Shown in pieces: positions 23,409 to 37,113 of a DNA stretch of 64,000 bases (position 1 is its first letter; the number at the start of each line of letters is the position of its first letter). The stretch lies in assembly GCA_015680685.1 (NCBI GenBank), contig MNCI01000412.1, positions 87,498 through 151,497 of the forward strand, written 5' to 3'. The notes below the pieces were generated by a model. The model ran no database searches and had not been told where the DNA came from. It saw only the letters and a list, made by a program, of their open reading frames with translations. The position numbers and the translations under genes are program-made. This stretch comes from Gnetum montanum. Taxonomy: Eukaryota > Plantae > Gnetophyta.

Positions 23409-26131
23409 TGTGCAATTTACCGATTAAATTAAATACGCGTGATTAACTGATCCAATAAGTGAAGACTTCAAAGAAACATTTTGGAGAAATCCTCATCTAC
23501 TATTCTTCATTACCTTCTGCACAAAATCGTGGTCTCTTCTTCATCTTCATTGACAGCTAAAAAGTGGTTTTCAGAGACCCAAAAAATGGGTTACCAGGGG
23601 CGGCGGATTGTAGCAAAATATCTGGCAGACAATCCAATTCTACATTGTCGTACTATTAGTTGGGCACATTGTTTCATCATCTTCTTCTTCACCAAGAGCA
23701 TCAGCGACATCTACAAACCCTAAACCCACACAAAAAATCCATCTGCAGAAGTGGTAAAAACCGTGACCTTGTCTTTGCCACTTTCAACGAAGTACGGCTA
23801 CGTCTGCGTCTGTGCGTTGGAAGAGATGGTTCGGGGCAAGCCTACGGTCGAGGACGCGGAGAATAGGTGGGAAGATCAGCAGCAGGCAGATGTATCATCA
23901 TTGTCTGCAAATGCTGGAATGATGCAGCGTTGGCATCAAATATCAGCTGCCAACTACGTTCTCGTGAGCGTTTCAGCATTGAAATCCGAAAGATTCGAGT
24001 GCCTTCATCAGACAGACTTTGATTTCTTCCACGGCCACGATGGAACGCTGCAACACCGATTTTCTATGAAAATCCTCAAAAACCAGGGTGTTCTCTAACA
24101 TTATCCAAATGCACTAGTGTTTGATCTTCATTCTCTGGAATTCCTCTTCCAGATGGCCTTCATCTGTTTAATCGTTAACATTACTGTGACAGAGGACGAG
24201 ATCTACATAGCGGCTAGGAGTGAAGATGAGGAGATAATCCTTTCTGTGTTTTTCTTGCTGATAAATGGCAAGCCTCTGCAACATTTTAGGGTTACGGTTT
24301 CAAAGAATATCGAAGCATTTGATATTTTTAACGGTATTTTAACTGCTCACGTGGTGTGGAATATGGATTAATTTTATCAAATTAGGGGGCAAAGATATGA
24401 CTCCTCAATAGATCTTAATAAATATATAATATATATGTAACAACTGACTTTTGTATTTTTATAATGATAATAACTTCTTATAGAAGTCATAACCTCCTAT
24501 GGTAGTACAACTAATTTTCTAAATGTTTGTAACCACTACAAAAGACACTTGTCAACTACAACCTTTTTTTTTTCTCCAAAATGGGCCACTTGTCAATTAA
24601 AAAGGCCACTTGTCAACTGCATGGGACACGTGTCAACTACAACTTTTTTTTCTCCATGGTGACCACTTAGCAAATGAGTGAAGACACTTGGAAATTGAAT
24701 GAAGACATTGGCAATTGAATAGGACACTTGTCCATTGTAGCATTTTTATCTCTTTTGTGGTTGAAACCACCCAAAATTGTTGTAACTAACCTAACTTGTT
24801 GGGCAAGTAACCTCCTAACTTGTTGGCCAAGTAATATCCTAATTAGTTGGCCAAGTTGCTTGGGAGAGAAGTTAGGTGAGATATTTTTGAATATGTAACT
24901 TCTCTACCTACCTTGGAACCCTATAAAAAGGCTTCAGGGGTCAAGGAGGAAGGCGGGATCAAGAAGATTGGAATCACAAGGGACTTCTCACATCACACTT
25001 GGAGTCTTGGAAGATTTGTAAAGAAGATTTCTTGGAAGATGGCTTGCTAGAATAAAGATTTCAGCCTCTTTGTCATGGTCCTATGAGTTATGTATTTTAA
25101 ATTGTTTAGCTAGTGGTTTAGATAGTATCATCCTTGGCAAGTAATTTTGGGATTTTTAGATTGCTCTTACTATTCTTGTTGCCCGATAGAAATTTCTATT
25201 AAAATTTTTCCATAGAAGAGCTTGTGTTTAAAAGTCATGAGAGCATTTTAGTAGTAAATTTTGTTATTTTGCAACGTGTGGGAACTGCTATTGGGATTGT
25301 TGTAAGAGAGCCTCTGTTTGTAGTCACGTCATTGAACAATTCAGTAGTCGAGAGGGTTCAGAAAATCTTTGGTATTTTGATGGGACCAGAATAGCTTCTT
25401 TTTATCTTTAGAGTGATTTTCCGTGTTATTTCAATCAGAAATTGTCAAGTCTTTTAAAGGTTCTGTTTAAATGCAATCGTTGACATCTACTGTCTAGCCA
25501 AAATGGAGTCTCGTACATGGTAGTTTACGCAGCAATTTTTGGTAGTACAGTAGGATTGTCTTGAAGATATTGCTTGTTTGAGTCTTGGAAGTTTGAACAA
25601 TTCATAGATATTGAATTTGGAATAGCTTTATTGCGAAGTGTTTACTCGTGTCATTTTACCTTGTTTAAATATTTGAGGTCCACACAAATCTGCTTTCTTT
25701 TCTTTCTGTCTATTTCCTTTGAATCTTGCTCTATTTCTAGTTTTCTTGTGGAACTATATATCTCTCTCTGGGGAAAATTAGGAGTAGATTTGCGGAGTTG
25801 TGCTCAAATGTTTATGCAAAATTTTACTTGTTACAAGCAGGTATTATAGGGACCGCATAGACTAGGTAGTTTGAACAAAATAGGAAACTCTCAATAACTC
25901 ACAGTACTTGATAAAGTTGGCTGAATCTCTTAAAGTAAGTCATTTGTATTTCACACACACGCAATCGTTACATTGCACACAACCGCACGCCGCAACAGCA
26001 CACACACATACTCACATTAACTACTGAGTTATTTGGAGGTATCTGGGCCTTGGTGTTGCCAGAGACCAGCAGGCACCTAAATCCTGTTCGAGGACACTCG
26101 TTGGCGGTCGCGTCCCAAACGGTCGCCAACA
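23409..26131 (+). repeat. 5' LTR of element D (missing ~880 bp at its 5' end)
   Basis: Homology to the 3' LTR starts only at 29224; internal cacttgtcaa and ttggccaagt subrepeats at 24540-24860; TATA cctataaaa at ~24920. Confidence 0.9.
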
Positions 26132-26248
26132 GTTCTTTTGGCGCTAGAAGGAGGGCTGAAAATTAAGCCTCTAGGTTCATAAGCCTTATACTTTTAGTAC
26201 ATCAACAATTATTGGTAAGGCTTAAGAATTAGATACTATTTTCAGTTC

Positions 26249-27336
26249 ATGACCAAGAAATTTGATAGTTTGGAAAGTTTCAAAGTTTCAAAAGATATTC
26301 TAGATTCTAAGACTGATTCTTCATCAGAAGAAGAACAAAAGAAAGTTTTTGAATTGGGAACAAGTAGTGGAGTGAAAACTAGAAGATCAAGAAGATCACC
26401 CATTATATCTGGTTTATCAATTCGTAAGAGAAGATCTAGAAAGTCTAAGAGTTCAACATTTCAAAGGAATAGGATGGCAAATCCTTGGCAAGGAGTTACA
26501 CCATTAGGATTTCAAAATTACAATGATATTCCTAAGGTAGTTTACAAATATTTGCCTGAGCCTTTTATTCCTGGAAAAGATTATTTAGCTAAAGAATATA
26601 TTCACATGTTTGAGTTAGCTTTAGCTCATGCAAATATTCAACATGAAGATCAAGCTTGTAGGTTGTTTGTATCAAATTTAAAGGACATGGCTCAGATTTG
26701 GTATTTAAACTTACCAAGAAATAGTATTACAAGTTTGGATGACATGAAGAATCTTTTCTTAGTCCAATTTGGTAATCAATTAGATCAACAACAACTATAC
26801 TATGGGTTGATAAAAGCTAAGCAAGGAGTTAAAGAGTCAATTAGAGATTTCAATATCAAGTTTCAACGAATTTGTGGACTCTTTCAAAGACAATATAGAC
26901 CATAAGAAGAAATTCTTAAGGAAACTTACCTTAAGGCTGTCAACCCCAACATTTCAATTTGGTTAAGAAGAACTCCAAACTTAACTACATTAAAAGACTA
27001 CTTTAGTGAAGCTATATAGTTAGAAAAGCAGCTGAACTTGAATCCTGAAGAAAATATTGCAATTCAAAAAAGAGAAGAAAGAGTTATGATCCCTATGCAA
27101 GATTTTACTCAATTTAAAGATTTACCAAGTCCATCTCATGTTAAGATAGAACAAGAACATGAAATAGTGGGATCTGAAAAAGGACAATTAATGAGAGATA
27201 TGTCTAATGAAATAGTGAAGCTTGAAAAAGCAATGGCAAGAGTTAGTATCAAGGAAGAAAGGAAAAGTAGAAAGCATAAACATCAAGACACTAAGTTAGC
27301 AGAAGATGAGGATGAAAGTGATCTTATTATGTCCAA
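26249..27336 (+). pseudogene. gag: gag of element D (internal stops; runs into the assembly gap)
   Basis: AKEYIHMFE..HEDQACRLFVSNLKDMAQIWYLNLPRNSITSLDDMKNLFLVQF..KQGVKESIRDFNIKF, a retrotransposon gag domain. Confidence 0.9.
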
Positions 27337-27851
27337 NNNNNNNNNNNNNNNNNNNNNNNNNNNNNNNNNNNNNNNNNNNNNNNNNNNNNNNNNNNNNNNN
27401 NNNNNNNNNNNNNNNNNNNNNNNNNNNNNNNNNNNNNNNNNNNNNNNNNNNNNNNNNNNNNNNNNNNNNNNNNNNNNNNNNNNNNNNNNNNNNNNNNNNN
27501 NNNNNNNNNNNNNNNNNNNNNNNNNNNNNNNNNNNNNNNNNNNNNNNNNNNNNNNNNNNNNNNNNNNNNNNNNNNNNNNNNNNNNNNNNNNNNNNNNNNN
27601 NNNNNNNNNNNNNNNNNNNNNNNNNNNNNNNNNNNNNNNNNNNNNNNNNNNNNNNNNNNNNNNNNNNNNNNNNNNNNNNNNNNNNNNNNNNNNNNNNNNN
27701 NNNNNNNNNNNNNNNNNNNNNNNNNNNNNNNNNNNNNNNNNNNNNNNNNNNNNNNNNNNNNNNNNNNNNNNNNNNNNNNNNNNNNNNNNNNNNNNNNNNN
27801 NNNNNNNNNNNNNNNNNNNNNNNNNNNNNNNNNNNNNNNNNNNNNNNNNNN
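27337..27851. other. Assembly gap (515 N)
   Basis: N run. Other gaps: 32487-32534, and single n at 1203 and 63369. Confidence 1.
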
Positions 27852-28345
27852 CAGATATACATCTATAGTGAACCTTTCATGATTGATAACATTACTTCAA
27901 ATGGAAAAATTAAGATGGTTGAAAAAGGAGATGTTGAAAACAAAATTTGTACACTCCAAGAAAATGAGAATTAATTTCAGAAAGAAGATGAGAGGATTGC
28001 TGAAGACAAATCTCAAGAGGATCAAGTTGAAAGCTCCAGCGAGCCAAAAAGTAATAGAAAGATTGCTTATCAGAGGGTTAGAGATATAAGGATTCCTACC
28101 AGCAGAATCCTCCTCATTCTCTTTCCATCTCAAGAATAGTCCATGAACAAAGGACTTAATAATGTATAGTTTGTTGGTTTTGTTAGGAATGAGGTTTTTG
28201 TCCCATCACACCTTATGTTAAATGGGAATTTTTCTCCAAAAATATTTATCAGTTCAGATGTAAAAGTTCAATAAAAGCTTCAGTACAGTTCAGTTTTAAA
28301 ATGAGGCTGCATAAATTTCTTTACACTTTTAAAGGGGGGCAGAAA

Positions 28346-31300
28346 TGTTGGAACATTTTGGCCATTTAATGGAGCAGGCTTTGTGAGGTTGTGAAGCTAG
28401 TCATATAACTAACATTTCCAATATTTTTGGATGAAGACTCTTTAGAGGTGTTGGCTATTTCAGTGCCAAAGAAGTATTCACTGGATCTACAAACATGTAT
28501 TGATGTACAAGTCAAGAAGTGGTTTTAGTTGACCTCCATAAGGTATGGGAGGGTAATGAATGTAAGGAAACTTGTAGAAGAAACTAAATAATGCCTTGGA
28601 ATTGAGAGTTATATTGTTTGGGCTATGAAATGCCCCTGAAAGCCAGGTACATTCAAGGTCATCTACCCCTAGCAAAAGCATCTGGAATAGCCCATCATGA
28701 GGAGGCAACATGTTTCACTTACAGCGTATGGTTTATGAGAGAGATTTCAATGGGAATCTTGCCAAGAAATTTTTTGTCTTAAAGACCATGATCCTGCAGA
28801 GACTTCAAATTTGCAATCTAAGAAGGGATGTTGCAGCTCAACGTATTATCATCCAATTGAAGCCGATAGAGAGAAGACAGATTTCCTAAGCTTGCAGAGA
28901 TGCTTCAAGATATGAAGTTGGAAAACACATCCATGTCATGCATATTTGGCCAGAAGCTCACCAAATTGACTGGTAAATTTCTAGTTAAAGACGTAGTTCC
29001 TATAAGACAGAGCACAAGCCTTGAAAGATGGTAAATTATTTGTGGATGAAGGAAAAGGTAAATAAATTATTTGCCTTAAAAAGGTGACATTAATGGATGA
29101 ACAAAAGAGTGAGAGCCGTGCACCCCTGGGTACTTCTGAAACACCAAAAAATGGACCGAATATGGCATTGCTACCATTGTCATGGTTGGTGAACCTTAAA
29201 ATGAAATTCTAGAACTGTGCCTATGTCAGCAATTTAATGATTAAATTAAATACGCGTGATTAACTGATCCAATAAGTGAAGACTTCAAAGAAACATTTTG
29301 GAGAAATCCTCATCTACTATTCTTCATTACCTTCAGCACAAAATTGTGATCTCTTCTTCATCTCCATTGACAGCTAAAAAGTAGTTTTCAGAGACCCAAA
29401 AAATGGGTTACCAGAGGCGGCGGATCGCAGCAAAATATCTGGCAGACGATCCAATTCTATGTTGTCATACTATTATTTGGGCACATTGTTTTATCATCTT
29501 CTTCTTCATCAGGAGCATCAACGATGTCTAAAAACCCTAAACCCACACAAAAAATCTGTTTGTAGAAGTGGTAAAAACTGCGACCTTGTCTTTGCCAATT
29601 TCAACGAAGTACGGCTACATCTGCGTCTGTGCGTTGGAAGCGATGGTTCGGGACAAGCCTGCAGTTGAAGACGCAGAGAATAGGCGGGAAGATCAGCAGC
29701 GGGCAGATGCATCATCATTGTCTAAAAATGCTAGAGTGATGTAGTGTTGGCATCAAATATTAGCTACCGACTACGTTCTCGCAAGCGTTTTAGCATTGAA
29801 ATCCGAAAGATTCGAGTGCCTTCATCAGAGAGACTTCTATTTCTTCCACGGCCATGATGGAATGCTGAAACACCGATTTTCTATGAAAATCCTCAAAAAC
29901 TAGGGTGTTCTCTCACATTATCCAAATGAACTAGTGTTTGATCTTCATTCTCTGGAATTCCTCTTCCAGATGGCCTTCATCTGTGTAATCGTTAACATTA
30001 CTGTGACAGAGGACAAGATCTACACAGCGGCTAGGAGTGAAGACAAGGAGATAATCCTTTCTGCATTTTTCTTTCTAAGAAATGGCAAGCCTCTGCAACA
30101 TTTTAGGGTTACGGTTTCAAAGAATATGGAAGCATTTGATATTTTTAACGGTATTTTGACTCCTCACGTGGTGTGGAATATGGATTAATTTTATCAAATT
30201 AGGAGGCAAAGATATGACTCCTCAATAGATCTTAATAAATATATAATATATATGTAACATGTGAATTTTGTATTTTTATAATGATAATAACTTCTTATAG
30301 AAGTCATAACCTCCTATGGTAGTACAACTAATTTTCTAAATGTTTGTAACCACTACAAAAGACACTTGTCAACTACAACCTTTTTTTTTCTCCAAAATGG
30401 GCCACTTGTCAACTGCATGGGACATGTGTCAACTGCAACTTGTTTTTCTCCATGGTGACCACTTGGAAACTGAGTGAAGACACTTGGAAATTGAATGAAG
30501 ACATTGGCAATTGAATAGGACACTTGTCCATTGTAGCATTTTTATCTCTTTTGTGGTTGAAACCACCCAAAATTGTTGTAACTTACCTAACTTGTTGGGC
30601 AAGTAACCTCCTAACTTGTTGGCCAAGTAATCTCCTAATTGGTTGGCCAAGTTGCTTGGGAGAGAAGTTAGGTGAGATATTTTTGAATATGTAACTTCCC
30701 TACCTACCTTGGAACCCTATAAAAAGGCTTCAGGGGTCAAGGAGGAAGGCGGGATCAAGAACATTGGAATCACAAGGGACTTCTCACATCACACTTAGAG
30801 TCTTGGAAGATTTTTAAAGAAGATTTCTTGGAAGATGCCTTGCTAGAATAAAGATTTCAGCCCCTTTGTCATGGTCTTGTGAGTTATGTATTTCATTTTT
30901 TTTGTTTAAATTTTTTAGCTAGTGGTTTAGATAGTATCATCCTTGGCAAGTAATTTTGGGATTTTTAGATTGCTCTTACTGTTCTTGTTGCCCGATAGAA
31001 ATTTCTATTAAAATTTTGCCATAGAAGCGCTTGTGTTTAAAAGCCTTAAGAGCATTTTAGTAGTAAATTTCATTATTGTGCAACGTGTGGGAACTGCTAT
31101 TGGGATTGTTGTAAGAGAGCCTCTGTTTGTAGTCACGCCGTTGAACAATTCAGTAGTCGAGAGGGTTCAGAAAATCTTTGGTATTTTGATGGGACCAGAA
31201 TAGCTTCTTTTTATCTTTAAAGTGAATTCTCGTGGTATTTCAATCAGAAATTGTCAAGTCTTTTAAAGGTTCTGTTTGAATGCAATCGTTGACATCTATT

Positions 31301-31940
31301 ATCTAGTCAAAATGGAGTCTCGTACGTGGTAGTTTACGCAGCAATTTTTGGTAGCATAAGAGGATTGTCTTGAAGATATTGCTTGTTTAAGCCTTGGAAG
31401 TTTGAACAATTCGTAGATATTGAATTTGGGATAGCTTTATTGTGAAGTGTTTACTTGTGTCATTTTACCTTGTTTAATTATTTAAGGTCTACACAAATCT
31501 ACTTTCTTTTCTTTTCTGCTTATTTCCATTGAATCTTGCTCTATTTCTAGTTTTCTTGTGAAACTATCTCATTCTCTGGGGAAAATTAGGAGTAGATTGC
31601 GGAGTTGTGCTCAAATGTTTTTGCAAAATTTTATTTGTTACAAGTAGGTATTATAAGGACCACGTAGGCTAGGCAGTTGAACAAAATAGGAAATTTTCAA
31701 GTATTCACAGTACTTGGCAAAGTTGGCTGAATCTCTTTAAAGTAAGTCATTTTTAGTTCACACACAACGCAATTGTTACATTTTACACAACCACACGCCG
31801 CAACAGCACACACACATACTCACATTAACTACTAATTTTATTTGGAGGTATCTGGACCTTGGTGTTGCCAGAGACTAGCAGGCAGCTAAATCTTGTTCGA
31901 GGACACTTGTTGGCGGTCACGTCCCAAATGGTCACCAACA
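28346..31940 (+). repeat. 3' LTR of element D (~3.6 kb)
   Basis: Begins TGTTGG after the PPT and ends CCAACA. Confidence 0.85.
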
Positions 31941-33653
31941 CTAAAGAAGATAGAGAGAGAAAAATTAGACATGAAAAAAGAAAAAACCATGAGCATCAAA
32001 GGAGTCATGACTACAATAAAGCATATGACCTAAAGATTGTGAAGAACCCCGACATTCCACTCAAAATATGATTAACATCAAGGAAGTAGTGTACATACCT
32101 ACTAGGCATTTAAGGAATAGTCACAAAAAGAGACTTGGCATGAATTATATTCCAAAGTTATGTACTATCTATGTTTGGACTTGGGGGGTAAAAATGCCTT
32201 TTGGAATGTCAAAAATGACAATTTGATATGTTTTTTGAGGTGGGGGTGGGAGGTTATAGTACTTTCTATGCTAAAAATACATGTATGAGAGGTGTAGTTC
32301 ATCTACCCCCAACATAGAGAGGTAGATCTTACCTAGCCCAATGTGGAGGAGTCCACCCACTACTAGCATCGAGGATGTGGTAGTCATCATGTACAATGTG
32401 GAGGGTGGTTTGACCTTCTTTCCTAGTCTTGAGTTTCATCCTCCCAACATTGATGCACCTTCCCCTCCTCCGCACCAACCCCCCACNNNNNNNNNNNNNN
32501 NNNNNNNNNNNNNNNNNNNNNNNNNNNNNNNNNNNCCCACAATATAGAAGCCACATGCATAAGAATTCAACACTCCATTGACTTCAATGATGACCATGCA
32601 CTCCAACAAAGATGGTAGAAGACTCAATGTGAAAGAAGAAAGCCAACATGAATGGTTTGCCCCCATTACTATTTATAGTAAATGAAATAGCCAGGGGGAT
32701 GTGGAACTTTCCATACATATTAACCGTTCCAAATTTGGGCATTCACCTTACATGTACATGGTAGAAATCTGTAGCTAAATTATAGTCAAATTACATCCAT
32801 TTTTAACCCAACACATAACCCAAAACATATAAAAACCAACCTCAAATACCATTTTGAGGTTCCACACTTGGGCACACCTTGAGCATTGGCATCCTAACAT
32901 TTAAGAGCTATTACACCAAAATAGCTTCTTAGAATCCTTCAACATGAAACCATTGTAGCCTTGTGACCCTCTTTACCCCCTTGGAATTTTTAAGTTTGTG
33001 GCTTTCACTCTACACCCCTGGGATTCTCAAATCCCAATGTGAAGCATTCTAGTAATCCAATTCCTTCACACTTTTCACTCCTAGTAGTAACTGATGTTGC
33101 AGATCTAGATTAGTATTAGAAAAGGTTTCAATAACATCAAGAGTGGTGAAGCATCCAAATTATGGAGTGGATTTCACTGGCTTCAATGGACTTTGAACCC
33201 CTGTCCAAGTGAATCATCCTTTGCTCTCCTATAGGAATTTCTTGTACACCTCCCTTGAACTCATTCATTATTTTTTAATAAAGTTTTAAGATTTCAATTT
33301 TATGTGTAATTTTTATTTGCTCTTGGTTATTTAGATCTATTTTTTCCTTTTGCATTATTTTTTTTGCGTTCTCTAAGTCCTTGGATGATTTGCTAGACTA
33401 TCTAGGGCACCTTAAATCTGATTTTTTAGAGGCCCTAGGGATTCAAGATTAAGGTTATTGCACTAGGACTTTAGATTTTTTAGTGATAAAATTTTATGGT
33501 TGCAATAGGTTTTTGATGCTAAAAGGAGGGTCTCTACCCGATTTCTTTGTCTAATCCTATGACCATCATTGCCAATGTTGCCTATCATCCTAAAATTTGT
33601 AATTTTTTACTTCAAAACCTTTAAAATTATTGCATCAAATAATGCTTCTACTT

Positions 33654-33670
33654 ACACACACACACACACA

Positions 33671-33737
<67 letters not shown>
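33654..33737. repeat. Compound microsatellite (AC)n(TC)n
   Basis: Directly visible. Confidence 0.98.
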
Positions 33738-33739
<2 letters not shown>

Positions 33740-34439
33740 CCCACCCCTCCCGAATAATGGAAAATTTAGTATGGAAGTTGTAAGTTTTTCGGTGTTGGAT
33801 TTTCACAACACTTGCTATGAATTTTTAATCTAGAGCCAGCATTGAAAACCTATTGTGACCATTCCATATCTTGCTACAATATTTTCATAACAAGGTCTAT
33901 GTTGATGGTTTCAATAATCAAACCCCTTTCCCCACTGACGCCCTAGCCCCCACACACCAATGTTGGCTAGGAAGGTGTGAGATCTCCCAATCTCACCCGC
34001 ATTCTTTTTCCCTACTACACCCAATGTAGGTGCAGCTAGGAAGCCCAACATGGGTAAGGTTTAGCACCATGTACCATATTGGGTAAAAGGGTATACCTCC
34101 TTTGGCAAACCCCTTATTGTTTATAGTAAGTGACTTATTTTGATAATTTTTAATGACTTTTAACAATTTTTCATTTTTTCTTGTTGGAATTCATACTTTT
34201 GACCATACATTTTATAGCCTATATCCAATACTTTTAGCATTGTAATCATGTCTTTCTATTATTTGATCAAGTTACTTTTCACATTCACTGATAGTGGATG
34301 CAGAGAACAAGCCATGAGGATATATGACCCCAAGGATCCTACTATCATTGAGTGTAGGTAGTCTTTGAGGCTAAGGGGGTGAAGTCCTAAATTTTAATTA
34401 GAAATTAATATCACTACAATTACATTTGTGCTAAAATTC

Positions 34440-37113
34440 AGGCTAGCATGTTGATTCCACATGTGAAAGCAAAAGCCAAAAGGGATTTTGAGTTCATACA
34501 TCAAGATGAGAAGGAATACATACCTTTCCCATATGATCAAATTTTCCTCAAGAACACCTATACTTGCATCCTATCTTAGCTCATGGAGATGGATCAAGAG
34601 GATAAAAAGCACAAGTTGAAGAAGCAAGAGGAAGAGGAGGATGAGTTTTGGAAAGAATCGATGCCTAAAAAGCTCCTAGATAGGTTTTTCCAACAAACAA
34701 CCCCCATGGCCATAGAGCCTTCTTCTACCCCTTTTGTTTTCTCCATGGTTCAAATGCCATCATCCTCTACCCCCTCCTACTTGACCATGTGTGATCCCAC
34801 ACTAGTCATCATTGTGCACCAAATGCAATTAGTATCACAGTCAACCACATTTAACTTTTCCATGCCATTCACCATCCAATGTAGGTCAGTATGACCATTG
34901 TCAGTGGGTTAGTACCATCAACTCATTCATCTATCAAATGGGATCTACAATGGGGCCTCAAGTAGCCCAGGGATCATGTACCCATTTTTTTCTATTTGTG
35001 CCTCAAGTACTAGCACAAACCTCCTTTTCTCCATTTATCTTGTCAACTACCATTGTAACACAACCTCTCCCCTCTATCCCACAACCTATAGTGAGGCAAC
35101 AAGCCTTCCAAAAAATGCCACAACCCTTTGTTCAGACCTCACAACCTAGGGGAGCATCACAAGACCTAGATTAGGTCTTCTAGATGATCTAGGACTTGAT
35201 GGAGGAGTTGAATAGGCTTAACGCATTTACTTCTTAAAGATTCAAGATCATGGATTTTTACCAAGGTGATCCTATCAATCCTATGATCCCACCCTTGACA
35301 CTTCCTCTTGGTGTTTCTATCCCTCAATTTACAAAGTAGAATGGTAAGGGTAATTTCAATGCTCATCTTAGAAATTTTTGTTCAAAGTATCTATTATTAC
35401 AGGTTTAGCCACATACTGTTATGAGGATTTTTCCTATGTCTTGATTGGGAAAGTGCTTGAATGGTATTGCATCCTACCTAGAGCATCTATATCCTCTCTT
35501 GAGAACCTGATAGTCTAATTTGTTAATTGGTTCAAGTATAACTTGAAGCCTGATACTATGCTTGACCAAGTAATGAAGGTTAAGAAAGGATCCCCTCAAA
35601 CCAATGTAGAAGTTCATCCAATGATGGAATAATTTGCTAAATGAGATACCCGAGCCTTTAGATGAAACCAATATTTTGGAAATATTCAAGGGTGTAGTAA
35701 ATGATTTCATTAAGTCTAAGCTATATTACCTTGACTTGTGGTCATTCAGTCAAGCCTTCTCTCAGAAAAAAGCATAAAGGATGCTATGAAGGCTAGTCAT
35801 GACCTTGCCTATGTGGCATACAAAAATTAACACAACCAAAAGAAAGAGGAGAGAGGCAATTAGAACAACATGGTGGTGTCAACTATAACCAAAGAGGCTA
35901 GCACAACCAATCAAGGGCCAAAAACAAGTGCACCTAAGGCCCTTACTAACAACCAAGATAATCAACCATTAACCTTTAGGGCTGTTAGATTGACTACACC
36001 TAGGCTAAACTTTAAGTGGAAGGACCGTAGTAAGTACACTAGCTTACCCTTGAATCCTTAAGAACTATTAGATCAACTGTTGAAGAGTCAGTGCATCCAA
36101 TATAAATAAATGACTAAAGCTACTTGAAAGGAGCATGAGTAGCTACTTGAAAGGATCCTACTCAAGCAACAAAAGATGATCCTCAACTACCTAGGTATTT
36201 TAAGCTAGACCACTTTTTCCATTATCATCAATTTCCAAGTCATGACATTGACTTCTGCATTGCACTAAAGGATGACATACAAAAGATGATAGATATGAAA
36301 GATTTGATCTTAGATACATCCAATCCAATCCAGCTATAGAATCAAATGATGTAGGTGTAAGAGCATCCATTAAATGATAATAATAGCCCCTATGTTATAT
36401 CATTGTTCAACATTGATGATAATAGGAGGCCTACGAGGGAACCATTCATGATATAGATAACCCCTCATTATAAATAGGGCTTTTCAACTTCCACCAACTC
36501 AAGATCCCCATTTTTTGTAAGGATACTCCAGTGAGCATGCCCAAAGGAACCTTTTGTCATCAAGGTGCCCTAGTCAACTATAACCCAACTAGCTTAGACA
36601 ACCAAATGATGGCCTCCTATGGTGGCCAATGCTACAGCTTCTCCCTCATACACAACTACTAAGAATTAAAAAGCCTCAATCAAGCATAGGAAGAAGCCTA
36701 TGCAAAATTCCAACAATAACAATGACCAACAAGCTAAGCCATGTAAGGAAGTGGATCCATCAAAGCCCACTTCCAAATCCTTAGTACCCATAACTTCTAC
36801 AACCTAGCCTACTTCTACAAGAAAATCATGAGAGGAATGCAAGAGCTAAGAGAATAAGAAAGAGAAAAATCCACAATAACCCAAGGCTAAAGTACACATT
36901 TTTGGGTTCATGAAAGAAGTGAAGCAAAATTAGGACAACAAGCCTATAGCTAATGACAAAAACATCATAAGTATGATGAAGTAAGTTAGGTAGTCTCTCA
37001 ATTAGAGAAATACATGCTTGAGCCTCTATGACTTAATCCTTACTTTCATTGCATATCATGAAGTGCTAGTCAAAATGTTGAATTTAATTCCCATTAGCGA
37101 GATATCCCTATTA
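34440..37113 (+). pseudogene. gag: Element E: heavily decayed Tat/Ogre-like gag fragment paralogous to the gag of F
   Basis: MDFYQGDP..PPLTLPLGVSIPQFTK, GVVNDFIKSKLYYL, F.HYH..PSHDIDFCIALKDDIQKMID and LSLYDLILT..HE.LV.ML..IPISE are all colinear with 40490-42535. No LTR or PBS found upstream. Confidence 0.85.

Larger units (their letters stand above)
23409..31940 (+). mobile_element. Element D: Ty3/Gypsy (Tat-like) element, gag only, very long LTRs, 5' LTR truncated
   Basis: 23409-26131 repeats at 29224-31940; PBS TGGCGCTAGAAGGAGGG at 26139-26155 is complementary to the plant tRNA-Asn 3' end; PPT aaaggggggcagaaa at 28331-28345 is followed by TGTTGG, matching the CCAACA end; no TSD. Confidence 0.9.

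Noticed and set aside
23481-24371. Duplicated small genes (also at 29459-30188)
   Set aside because: They lie within the two LTRs of D, most are broken in the second copy, and I recognised no domain.
27038-27974. Long ORFs of 188-276 aa
   Set aside because: Artefacts of translating through the N gap.
32095-32150. Possible GH1 exon 1 end on the minus strand (GCC TAG TAG|gtatg as a decayed AYQ)
   Set aside because: The upstream FP..F.FG motif is not recognisable and the site is over 10 kb from exon 2.
33569-33833. SL/TH-repeat ORFs
   Set aside because: Translation of the microsatellite.
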